A stretch of 64,000 nucleotides of DNA from NCBI GenBank assembly GCA_008632985.1, contig QPGO01000185.1:1-64000 (forward strand), in the 5' to 3' direction. Position 1 is the first letter of the stretch. Each line of letters opens with the position of its first letter. The notes below the pieces were generated by a model that ran no database searches, had not been told where the DNA came from, and saw only the letters and a program-made list of their open reading frames with translations. The DNA is from Psammoneis japonica (taxonomy: Eukaryota). Positions 24,901 to 35,906 of this stretch are shown piece after piece. The translations under genes were made by a program, and so were the position numbers.

Positions 24901-26230
24901 CTCTCTCAGTTGTTGATCACTCCAAAGATCTTGGGACTCAACCTTACAGTGATTGTAATTACTCGCAGTATCTTGCTTAATTCTTCCCGTAAGTGTGTCG
25001 AGAATGTCGAATGCTCCGTGCAGCTTTTCTCTTTCTGTTTCTGTGAGACTCACAGGTTTTGATTTGGACAAAAAAATGTTTGTGGCACAGGTTTTAACAA
25101 TGCAGTGCCTCCGAGTAGGGGCGTGGGAACAATCAAGCAAGCCATTGGACCGATCCCAGTTCATTTTTCTGCCTATAGGGGGAAGAAGGTTTTCAAAGCA
25201 GTGAGTAAGAGAGAGGAAGATTTCGCTTCTGTTGTTATTGTCAACTGACTGTCTTCTTTTCAACTGCTGTCTGCCTCAGATTCTTAAACAGCCGAAGCTA
25301 AAACAACTGATTATTGGTCTACCCGACCCCGAGAAAGGCACAAAGAATCCTGAGTTCCAAGAACGAGTTTACGACTCATTTCTGGACGTTTTGACCGATT
25401 CTCTCTTAAGCTCGACTCGCGACATTCGGGACATCATAAGAATAGGTCGTTTGTGGCCAACTTACATTGCACCTCTTCAGAGCAGCCGAATTCAGGCGAC
25501 ACTCGAAACCATCCGTTCTAAAGATCAGAGCGGTTGCGCCGGGAGCAGCAGCTCAGATGAGCATATGGACAGCTCAGAAATAAAAAAGAAACTCCTGACT
25601 TTCCTTGATCAAATGATTCTGCCACGGTTGCGGATCCACCTAGAAAGCGGCAGTTTCTTTGTGAAGAACGCCGCACCAGTGTCGCACCGCGGAGGCATCC
25701 AAATGGATGAATCCCCTGTCGGCGACTTGCCCTATCTGAGCAAATGTCTTGTTCTTGCAGCTTTCATCTGCCAGGCAAACAAGCCGGAAAAGGACCACCA
25801 GCTTTTGACAATTCAGAAGCGTGGAACGAGGTCCAAACGAAAGAGAGGTGAAGTAGATGCGGGAAGGGTTGGATCAAGCGCAAGGGAAGAGCAACAGCAG
25901 AATCTGCTCCGTCCTCGTACCTTTGCGCTTGAACGCATGCTTTCTGTGTTTGTAAACATGACGGGGCTGCTCCAAGGTACTTCAAACTTGTTTCTTAGGG
26001 ATCCAGACGCGGGTTTGGAGGGGCTGCTCCGATCCATGGGAAACGATGTGTTCTTTGAAAGCATTTCCCAGCTTCGTGAATTGGGTTATCTTCGAGAAGG
26101 TGGCACGGGCTCAAACGGGAATAGAAAGATCGACCTTTCATCCACGAAATACTGGTGTCCTTTGACAATTGACGAGGCGGAAGAAATGGCCAAGAGCATT
26201 GACTTCCCGATGGACAGGTTCTTGATCTAA
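21925..26230 (+). CDS. ORC5: Origin recognition complex subunit 5 with a long N-terminal low-complexity extension
   Basis: YPYRDKEIELL, Walker A GPSGTGKT, FLVLDNGD, and ORC5 C-terminal motifs LPYLSKCLVLAAFICQAN, RPRTFALERMLSVF, AKSIDFPMDRFL. Introns at about 24989-25090 and 25201-25279. Confidence 0.88.
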
Positions 26231-26527
26231 TCCCACAGGGAAACAAACTACAATAAAAATTTATAGGTTACCATATTGCTGCTTGAAGAATCGAGAGTAC
26301 AAAACAGCAGATTCCTATAAACTAGTTTTCGACGACTGCAAGTGCAGCTCTCCAGCGGCTGGAGCAAATGAGAGCTACTAGAGTACGAGTAGCATTTTCG
26401 CTTAAACCGTGGGGAAGGCGACACGGCTTACTCGGGATCGATGGTATCCACCACCGTTCCGCCTTTCGTCCGGCATTTTTCCTTTGACGCACCTCTGCAA
26501 CCTCCAGCAGCTGTCCAAAGCAACCTG

Positions 26528-26705
26528 TGTAGAGTGTAGCGTACCTACTACTCTCTCTCTCTCTCCGAACAAACGAACGAATGAACGAACGAACGAATGC
26601 TAGTAGTAGTAGCTACTATCTACTAGAGCTACTCTAGCTACAGTCTACTATAGCTAGCTAGCTAGAGAGTAGAGCGAGTAAGTAGATAGAGAGTCTGTAT
26701 AAACT
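26528..26705. promoter_or_regulatory. TpA-rich island upstream of the gene at 26942
   Basis: tagtagtagtagctactatctactagagctactctagctacagtctactatagctagctagctagagagtag, plus (CT)n and (GAAC)n microsatellites. Confidence 0.45.
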
Positions 26706-26941
26706 GTAAATCGAGTGCGAAAAGGCTTTCGTTGAACGCTGGACAGACTCACTCTACGTGTTTTTCTGACGTGCAAATGTGGCGGACAGAAGTGTTTTGG
26801 ACAGCTCAAGTCCAAACTCGCTTCACACTGAGTACGGTAAAGCCTATTCATCAGGCGCAGTCTCAATCTCAACCTTGTCAAACAAGCTGTGCTGTGCTGT
26901 GTAGTGTTGTTCTCGTTCTGCTCTCAAAATCTTATATTGCA

Positions 26942-28318
26942 ATGTTTGCTAAGTTGCAACGTGGAGGAGGTAGTGAGGTAGGAAGAACCCCGAGTATATC
27001 GCGAGTGATAGACGGCCCCACTCCTCTTCCTCCAACTGAGAAAGTTCAGTTGCGGTCATCCCGGGTAAACCATAGAGCAAGCCCTGCTACGATTGAGGAC
27101 ACGGACGCGACACAATCACTGTTGAGCTTATCGTCATCGGTAGCGAGAGGGCCAAGTGCAGTAGTTACTGAATCACTTGCACGGTCCAGTCAACCAACAG
27201 GCAACGGCGAAGAATCGAACAAAAATGGGTTGACGCAGGTATCAGTATCAAACGTGTCTCACCTGCCTGCAGTTACGAATGGACAGCCCATAGTTGCAAC
27301 GCTAGAAGCATTGGCAACCAAGGACGGTTGGTGTGGTCAAGCCTTGGAGTACGCTGCAGGGTTTGCGTTGCGAAACAAAGTCTTGCTGCCTGTGATGGGG
27401 AACGTGGACTCAAACGAGCGAAACTCGGCCGTACTTGCAAAGGCACCAAGCATTATGGGGTCTTACATTACTGGAAATGCTGTTCTTATAAAGAGAAGCG
27501 ATAACAGTAAAATTGAACAGGCATCAATACAGCGCATCTCCTACAAAGACGCCTCTGTGCTTTGGTCTTGGTGGGAAAAAGATAAAGTGCTCTCTTATTC
27601 AAGTGATGTTTGGTCTAATTGGTGGCTAAGACGTTGTGAAAGTCCAGATCCTGGCTGCGACATGCTCAAACTGGTACATGAGGATGGAAGGGTTCTTGGA
27701 GTAGTTTGTTATGAAAGGAACATTATTGACCGCCATATGCTCGAAAATGGAGAAGCCACCCGTACCACTCTTATTCGTGGTATTCGGCTGTCCCCATCAG
27801 TAAACCCAGAGGTTGCTCGACGAATGGAGCTCAGCACCAGGGATGACATTCCCGAAGTTGACTATAAAGGGATTGCCTCGCTTCTCTTTTTTCATGTGCT
27901 TTTTATGTCTTCACGGTATGGCACGCATTGTGTTTCAGTCTATGCCCCCAAGAATGAGGTGGCTGAGCGTTTCTATGAATCCTACATGGGCAAAGCTGTG
28001 TTGAGGCACGACGACGGCCGACGTTACTATAGACTCACGTCAGAGTCACGTTGGAAAACCTTGCAGATGGGAGTTTCCCGGCAATTATCGTTGTGGGAGC
28101 AACGCCAGAGATCTGAACCGGGGGACAAAGTATCGGGACAGCAGCGCAGCGACGACGAGCAAAGCAGAAATACCAAGAGAAGGAAAGTAGATGTTTTATC
28201 TTCCGCAGATGGGGAAACTTCAAAGAAAGGGGAGGCATTACCATCCGCAGATGGGGAAGCTACATGCAACGAAAGGGGGGAACAAAATACCGATGAAGCG
28301 ACCGAAAGTAGAGAGTGA
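26942..28318 (+). CDS. Hypothetical protein with a GNAT acetyltransferase-like C-terminal region
   Basis: Long single ORF, probable ATG at 26942. YKGIASLLF..VSVYAPKNEVAERFYESYMG resembles GNAT motifs A/B. Confidence 0.65.
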   Translation: MFAKLQRGGGSEVGRTPSISRVIDGPTPLPPTEKVQLRSSRVNHRASPATIEDTDATQSLLSLSSSVARGPSAVVTESLARSSQPTGNGEESNKNGLTQVSVSNVSHLPAVTNGQPIVATLEALATKDGWCGQALEYAAGFALRNKVLLPVMGNVDSNERNSAVLAKAPSIMGSYITGNAVLIKRSDNSKIEQASIQRISYKDASVLWSWWEKDKVLSYSSDVWSNWWLRRCESPDPGCDMLKLVHEDGRVLGVVCYERNIIDRHMLENGEATRTTLIRGIRLSPSVNPEVARRMELSTRDDIPEVDYKGIASLLFFHVLFMSSRYGTHCVSVYAPKNEVAERFYESYMGKAVLRHDDGRRYYRLTSESRWKTLQMGVSRQLSLWEQRQRSEPGDKVSGQQRSDDEQSRNTKRRKVDVLSSADGETSKKGEALPSADGEATCNERGEQNTDEATESRE

Positions 28319-28704
28319 ACGATGCTTACAAGGCATTCTGCCGGTTTTCCCGGGTATGGGATTGTCGAGAGTGGCATTGCAAGAGTTAATCATTTGTCGA
28401 AATTGGTTGTCTTGCTTTTTTGTTGATGCTTAGGCAACGAAATGAAGGGAGCGAGCGGGGGGCACCTAGTAGGTCGACTCCTGAGCGACGTTATTCTTTT
28501 CTAGCTAGTCCTCCTGTGGGTTGTGCTTGATCTACTTCGCAATTTTCGAAGCTTGGGACGGGCCTAGAGGCACCATTCATTTTGTGTAAAACTTAGAATC
28601 GCCAACCAAGATCGTGAACCGGCGGCATGGATGATTGAAACTTTGTTGTCCGTGTAGCGACGTTTCTGGAGACTTTACCCAGGGTCTATCGTTCCTCTTG
28701 GTGC

Positions 28705-28855
28705 AGCTAGTCTATCTCTCCTTTTTACTATCGTACAGTACTGTAGCTACTCTCTCTAGAGCTAGAGGGTAGGGATAGAGAGACCTATGATGTATGGCAC
28801 GGTACTGTACATAGTCTCTAGATCTAGCTACTAGAGTAGGGCCTCTACTAGAGTG
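28705..28855. other. TpA-rich low-complexity island beside the Crypton-like element
   Basis: agctagtctatc..cgtacagtactgtagctactctctctagagctagag..gtctctagatctagctactagagtagggcctctactagag. Confidence 0.6.
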
Positions 28856-29125
28856 GACCAGATCATCGATGAGAAAGCGAAGGCGATGTCGATCCCTTAG
28901 CTTGCAACGAAGCAGACGGATATCTCGAGAGAACAACATTTACAAACACGGCATCCATATTCCCATTATCGCAACCGTGTCTCATCATAAGACGACTCCT
29001 CGTCAGCACGGATTTTTCAGACACCAGCATTGAAGCCAAGTCCACCCGAAGCACCCTCTCGCACCGAGGTCGAAGAGTCAGGATAAGAAGGCTGCATCGT
29101 GAAGCACAGGACCATCGCCAGCGAA

Positions 29126-32113
29126 CTAGGTCACGAACGTTGGACCCACCAAAGAATCGTTGGCGTTCTTCCAGTGAAGAAAACGTTGTGTTGTCGCGTG
29201 GTCTGATTGTGAGTCTTGAGCGCTACGGTATCCCTGACTATGGCTCGGACGAAGCGTCCATGTAGAGAAGAGCCCCTGTTGCGGGTGCTGTTGTCTTTTT
29301 TTGCTGTCGGTGCTAACATCACAGTCGTCGTTGGCTGTGCCACAAACGCCGTCATTCATTCGAGGTCATTGTCGCTGTTGCTGCTGGCTCTGCGCCCACA
29401 TCTGGCTGCTTTCTTCTTCACAGTTTGAAGCTTCTCCCAGATGGAGCAAATGGCTCCCACTCCATTGTCTGCCTTTGAGTTTCCTTGGGTCACCCGTTGA
29501 TTGTCCTTTGCAACACCTGTGAGGCATTTTGCTTCTTTGGCTTGACAAGTTTGTTGTGCTGTGCTGCCATCTCATTGCGCTCTTCCACCAAATGGAAAAT
29601 GTGCTTGAGTGCCACGTGCCGCAGACTTCAAAACATCACATGCGCGTCCTGGCCATGCGGTGCAATTTTGGGCAGTCTTGCTTGTCATTTTGGCGGTTGG
29701 CTCCATCCAGACATGCACGCTCTTCTTGATTGTGCAACATGTGCAAATGCTTGGGATTGTGGATGTTGTCCAGCACCTTCACGACCTTCCCTTTGAGCTG
29801 GCAATCGATGGCAGCACCAAATGGGTTGTGCCCAGACGTTGATTGCCACACAATCCTGCACTCAGTTTGTCATCTTGAGCAAAATGTGCAGGGAAGTTTC
29901 TCAAAGATGCTTGCTGCTCAAGAATGCCTGCACTGGTTGAGTCCTTTGAGTGAGCATCAACAACTTGTTTGCATTCATGGCGGCTGCTTGAACCTCAGCC
30001 CATGGCACACATGTCGCTGTCATCTGCACAGTCGCCCGAATTTCACGATGCATGCAGTCTGTGAGATGTCCGATGGCGGCTTCAAGACTTTTCACCTTGC
30101 TGAGTGTGTCTCGCTGATGTCCCTGAGTCCCTTGGTCAACACGCCAATCTGGATTTGTTGTTTCTCTTCCACAGAGGTGCGTGTGCTCTTTTGGAAGTTG
30201 ACAGTGTTGCTTGCAATGAAGTCCTCCTTGGCCGTCTTTCCCCGCTCCATGAGCTTGTTGCTGTTGACGCGCAGCACCTTTGCAGAGCCTGCCAGCCAAT
30301 GAACAAGCCAGCCCTGGCATCCATGTGTGTCTCGACAACTTCCTTGTGGTGCACGAGCAATGTCGCAAGCATCGCTGGACAAAAGTTGTTCAAGTGGCCA
30401 CTTGGCAAAAGGGCAGAAATCCCAGCAGGTGAGAACAGGGAGAACACCCAATTGTTTGTTGGATCCAAGTTCTTGGGAGAGTGAGAAAGGAGGCATTTGG
30501 CTTGGGAACACAGACGTCTTGTCCTGGGTTGGCCCATTGGCTCAAACTTTTTCCGGCCATTGCTGCAAACAGCTTCATTGTCCAGCAGCCAAAGACAGCC
30601 GAGTCTCCCTTGAAACCCCAGCTGCCTCTGGCAATGGAGGCCCCTGCACCAAAAAACTGTTGGAAAGAAATGTTGTCAGCAGAGCCCACATGGAAACTGT
30701 GGCTCATGTGCTCCTTTGTCAATCCATTGACCTTGTCCCATGCACTTTCAAGGATGCATGAAACCTTTGCAGTGGCACCACCACTGGCCAAATTTTTGAA
30801 CTTGGGAAACACAAAGTTGGCTGTGCAATCATCATCTGCTGGAGTTGTTTCCAGGTTCCCACTGGCTGCAACTGTGCATGCTGCAAGAGCGTGGCACAGG
30901 CAAGCCAAGAAACTGTTGGCACCCACGTGCCAAGTCGTGAATCCGTTCTTTGATGTCTTTGTTTCTCGCCAGTTGCTTTCAAGTTGCTCTTGCTGTGGGC
31001 TCCATTTTGTCACCTCCCACACACACGTGCCCACCTCAGCTGTTCACCCAATGGCATGACAAAACCTGGTGGCAATGACACGATCACAGCAGCAGCGACC
31101 CTCCTTCATGAGGACATGCTCCACAGCTTCCAAAAGGTGTCGATGCAGGCCCACAGCAGAATCCTCTGGAGAGCCCCCTGCGCTCAATTGCAGCCATTCC
31201 AGCCCACATTTTCAACAATTTGTTGAGCTTGTCATGATGTTTGCTTTTCTTGCACAGCACTCCTGTTGGGAGCTTGTGCTGTTTGAGATCCGTGCAAACG
31301 ATCTGGGCTTCCAGTGGGTGCCTTTCTGCTTGCCATCCTTTTCCATCTTGTGCTCCATGAGAAAAGCACAAAATTGCTGCATCATTTTGCTGCAGCTCAG
31401 CATGGTTGTGACAGCTCCTTGCAAGTGCTTTTGCTGCAACTCGTGGAGGAGCGGGTGGCCCGACTTTCTCGCAAACACGTCGAAAGCTGCAGCGGCAGTC
31501 TTGCAGCCATCTTCAGTGTGATCAGCCTTCAGCTTCATCTTGCTGCACACCTCCTTGCTGATGTCATCTTCCTGCAGCAGCTCTGCTTCAATGCTTTCTT
31601 TCAGCTTTTCAGCCGCTCTGAGCTCTTTCTCCCTTGCGGCATGGATTCTTTGCAAACAGGGCTGCAGGTGCTGTGTTTGGTGCCTCGTCTGCAGCAAGGG
31701 CACTCTCCCCGGCAGCTCCAATGGCCTTGTTGTCACTGGTGCTCCCGCCATCAGTGCTGGCTGTTGCGCCATCAGCTGCACCTTAAGTGGGGGGGGACCC
31801 GCTCAAGAGACACGGCATGTTTGCAGCTGTTCAACCTGCCACTGTGACTGCTGAGCTGCTGTTGGTGTGACAGTCTGGTGTTTGGTTTGTTGTTGTGCAT
31901 TTGTGCCGAAGCAATGGCAGCTGTCCATCGTGCATGGTTGCGGTCGCGGTCACGGCTTGTTGCTTGTCGCTGGTGCAGGCCAGCAACAATGCGGCCGCGT
32001 GCACACGGGAGGGGAACGACGTGCGACGCACGGACATTGTGCGTCGCGGTTGGCGTCGGGAGGGGCGTCCCTCGGGGGACGCTCCGCGCCCCCCAAAAAA
32101 AATTTCTGTCCAT
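29126..32113 (-). mobile_element. Decayed Crypton-type tyrosine-recombinase element
   Basis: The minus strand reads HAIG*TAEV..WRETKTSK..CLCHALAAC..FVFP..HMSHSFHVGSAD..IARGSW..VFGC..AGKSLSQW. This is the R / HxxR / W / Y tyrosine-recombinase pattern once CG and TA changes are reverted. Element ends are uncertain. Confidence 0.8.
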
Positions 32114-32320
32114 TTCCGTTGCTTACGATCGCGCATTACAGAGCGCCTGCTTCAGAGTAACCCGTTTAGGGCAAGCGCGTACAAGACTTCAGACATGCAG
32201 ACAACGCAGACGACTGGGAGCTCGAGCAAGCAAGAAGCAAGCAGTCGAAGACCCAAGCTCGGGTTAGTTGTTGGAGTAGCATTCACATGGCATAGGAAAC
32301 GTCTATGGTCCAATCTGAAG

Positions 32321-33926
32321 ATGGTCGACCGCGTAACACCTTCATCAAGTTCTCGTCGGGGACTTCCTGGCTTCTTACGCCGAAATCCGAGGACCCCTGA
32401 TGAAAATATGCCCACAACTATAACTGGAGGCACAGCCGCAGCATCGTCGTCCAACGGCAGCCAGCACCAGACCACACCGGAGGATGAAGTCACAACGGCA
32501 GTAAAGAATGATATTGAAGAGGACGAAGCCGAACATCCATCTGTAGACGAAGTGGCGGCTCCTCCGGACAGTACCACTTCCTCCAACAAGAAGGAAGCTG
32601 AACATACCCTCGAGCAAACAGGGTTGCCCACGGAACCAGCAAACCCGGAATTGGAACGCAAAGCGAGCTACAAGGAAACAGTTTTTGAAAGAACCATTAA
32701 AGCCGAAGTTGTCAATATGAGCGACTTGCGACGGCTTGGCTGGAATGGAATACCAGTAAGTGATGAGAGAATTGCACCTACCTTGCTATGTTGCTGTTAT
32801 TCTCATTTTCCCCTTTTGCTATTACAACGATGGCCTTTCGCAGCCGCAGCACAGGGCACAAGCATGGAAAATCTTGCTAGGATACCTTCCGGTGAATTCA
32901 GTAAGGAGGCCTCAAACTCTACAAAGAAAACGCGCCGAATACTGCGATGCAATTGCCCAGCATTATGAAATTGATGACAACAGTCGAACTCAGCAAGAAC
33001 AGGAGACTTTGAGACAAGTGCTCGTTGACGTGCCCCGCACTGCGCCAGAGGTTGGTCTTTTTCGAAACGACCGTATACGACGGTGTCTTTCGCGTCTCTT
33101 GTATATTTGGGCAATGCGTCATCCAGCGTCGAGCTACGTGCAGGGTATTAATGACATTGCAACTCCGCTTGTAGCTGTCTTTTTGAGTAGTTATTTTGAT
33201 GGCGTCGATGTTCTAGATGGGGAGATAATGGATGAAGTATCGGATGAAATATTGGACGAGGTGGAAGCTGACTCTTATTGGTGCTTGACAAATCTTCTTG
33301 CTGGAATTCAGGACCATTACACCGCGGACCAGCCAGGAATACAGAGGATGGTTCTACGACTGGAAGAGCTGGTTACCCGTATTGACGCTGATCTCACAGA
33401 ACATCTTCGCAACGTCGGGGTAGAGTTCATGCAGTTCTCTTTCAAATGGATGAATTGTCTGCTACTCAGAGAGTTCAACCTTCCTTGTGTCATGCGTTTG
33501 TGGGATACCTACATTAGCGAATCGGAGGGGGATTCGAGAACTTTCACGTTTATGTTGTGCAGCGTTTCTCTGCCAGTTCAGCGGACAGCTACAAAGCATG
33601 GAATTCGATGAGCTGTTTGGTTTCATGCAGGTGAGTAAGCTTGATTTCGACACATAAACAGTCTTGATTTGCCTCTTTCACTTTTTGCTCACGTCGCTGA
33701 CCATCTTGGCAATCTAGCAAATGCCGACCGACGATTGGGGTGATACCGAGATTGAGATATTATTGAGCCAAGCGTAAGTTGGCGACACAGTGCTTCTTTA
33801 CCTAAATCTGTTCTTTTCTTCAAAAGTTTTGACGACTAAACGCAATTGTGTTCTCTCTTTTGTAGGTACGTGTTAAGCACCCTTTTCGGTGGGAGTGACG
33901 CCCATCTCAATAACCAGCGAGCCTAG
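32321..33926 (+). CDS. TBC1D22: TBC-domain Rab GTPase-activating protein (TBC1D22/Gyp1 type)
   Basis: LRRLGWNGIP, WKILLGYLP, QVLVDVPRT, IWAMRHPASSYVQGIND, QFSFKWMNCLLLREF, RLWDTY. Introns at about 32756-32843, 33631-33717 and 33774-33865. Two 1-bp slips near 33530-33560. Confidence 0.92.
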
Positions 33927-33956
33927 AGGATAGATTTCGAAGCATTATGACAATAT

Positions 33957-34110
33957 AAACGTTTCACTACTATCACTGCTACGCACACATACTGTAGTTC
34001 TTGGACTCCATCGAACTACCGTATCAGATTACGAAGCGTGATGATAACAAAAACGTTGACTACTGTCACTGGTACGTACATATACTGTAGTTCAGGACTC
34101 TATCGAACTA
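33957..34110. repeat. Diverged direct repeat of about 60 bp between convergent genes
   Basis: aaacgtttcactactatcactgctacgcacacatactgtagttcttggactccatcgaacta versus aaacgttgactactgtcactggtacgtacatatactgtagttcaggactctatcgaacta. Confidence 0.8.
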
Positions 34111-35449
34111 GAACCCTCCATAAACAACCTTGATGCTTTGCGGATCAACCATGTATTTCACTCCATTGGGAGTAGGAGCCTTGATCAACGTGAATGCAAC
34201 GACACCAGCATTTGTGATCTTTTTCTTCTTGGACACGTGATTTACAGTGTAGGCAGAAAGGTCCTAAAAAAGGACCTGAACCAGATCGAGTGCCCCCCAG
34301 CAATCACGTAGTCTTCAGAGACGGACGATGAAAACACAAATTCGCAAAATTCTGTCATTCTTTTCAGTCCGTTCGTGTCCAACGGCTTGTTTCCCATGTG
34401 AAGACTCACGTCCGTTTGATTCGTAAAGATGTGCTGGAAGTCGCATATCTTTGACGTCTTGTCTATCCATGACGCTGTAACAAGTGTGTGAGCAGGAGTG
34501 ATCGAAAGCGTATCCGGGTTGCGGCTTCACAAAAGAAGAAAGAAATTAGCATGATTGAAATCCGTATTTGAAGCATTCAAAGAACGGCAACAAGCCACAT
34601 TAACACATACCTAATTTCCTGAAGGGAGGGTACCACCAGAATTTTGTCGTCAGGTCTCCTCGCGAGACGATCTCTGAATCCGGCTGCCATGGTGGAGAGC
34701 GCACGGCGAAGACTAGAACACAAAATCTGGGAAGGCGGAGCTCCAGGATCCGCCTTTAGGATCGAAATGAGTTCTGCCTCTGTGTGCTTACTCTCATTAA
34801 AGAACTTGGCAAGCTTGTCAACCTGCGAAAGCCCAAGATAGGATAAGGGCGAATCGTAGAACCAACTGCATCAAGAAAACGAGCAATAGAACCGGCGTTG
34901 AGAAACAAATTACAGAACGAATGACTGCGCTGAAAAGCCACCAACTTACCTGTCCATTTTTCCGCTGAGAAAAAGGTAGGTTTCGTAAGCGACTGAGTAA
35001 ATGAGTCCAGGGATGTAACCATGGCAAAAACGGCGACAGATCGATGGTTTCCTTTGTTAAAAGTTGAATTCCAAGTGGATTCCCCATGCCTCACAAAGAA
35101 CACCGTCTTCTTCTCGACCTTTCCACCCGACTTGATATATGGCCCGATAAGCACCGCAGGGTCCTGTGGAGTCTTCCAGCTCTTATCATTGCAAAACAAC
35201 ATGTACAATACGGCCCGAAATGACAGCTTTGTCTACAAAGAGAAAAGGCGTAAGATTACAGGCACATAAGCCAGTCGCTTCCAGACAACTGCAGCGGTAA
35301 GCACGTACCTTGTAGAGAGCAGTCGGTAGGTTGAACAGCAGCATGCCGCACACCAAAATCACGACAGGGCGCAAGTAGCTATCTTTTGCGGCATCCGTGA
35401 GGGTGCCAATGTGGGCCTTACCGGCCTCCAACATCGTCCCGAGCACCAT
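34108..35449 (-). CDS. Histidine phosphatase / phosphoglycerate-mutase-family protein (multi-exon)
   Basis: FFVRHGESTWN motif, CSSLRRALST, GGHS-like segment, several GT-AG introns, C-terminus ..KVVYGGF*. Confidence 0.82.
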
Positions 35450-35906
35450 TGTCCAGCTTCACTTCTCCCGTGAAAGCAAGTAGTTGAATGAGGTCGGCAG
35501 TGAAGAAAGCTGCGCAGAACTGCGCGCGCTCACGCGTGCAGAAGATCGCTTCTCGCATATCATATTGTCGTATACGTAATTGGATATTTATTTCTGCACA
35601 CGTGTCAATCAAACAGCGCAGACAGCCAAATGAGAACTCCGCGAAAATCTGCACGCACGAACTCATCACGATCTGCTTCGGTTCGATCGATAGATCGATA
35701 ATCGCGATCGGGATGTTGACGCGACTTCTGCAGAAAGAAAGAAGCGACAAGTGGTGTTGGAGGTGTATTGACATCTTTGCTAGGCCAGCACAGCGGAAGA
35801 GAGACTCAATCGTACTCTATCTCAAAGGCATATTCGGTAAAGAATGAGAAGCAATCGGAACAAGAAGAAACAGGACGAAAAATCGAGTGCACTCGTGCTC
35901 TCGAGA

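Noticed and set aside
29256..32113. GTCCAT direct repeats (29256 and 32108) as Crypton termini
   Set aside because: A 6-mer match is expected by chance, and the element ORF may continue past the left copy.
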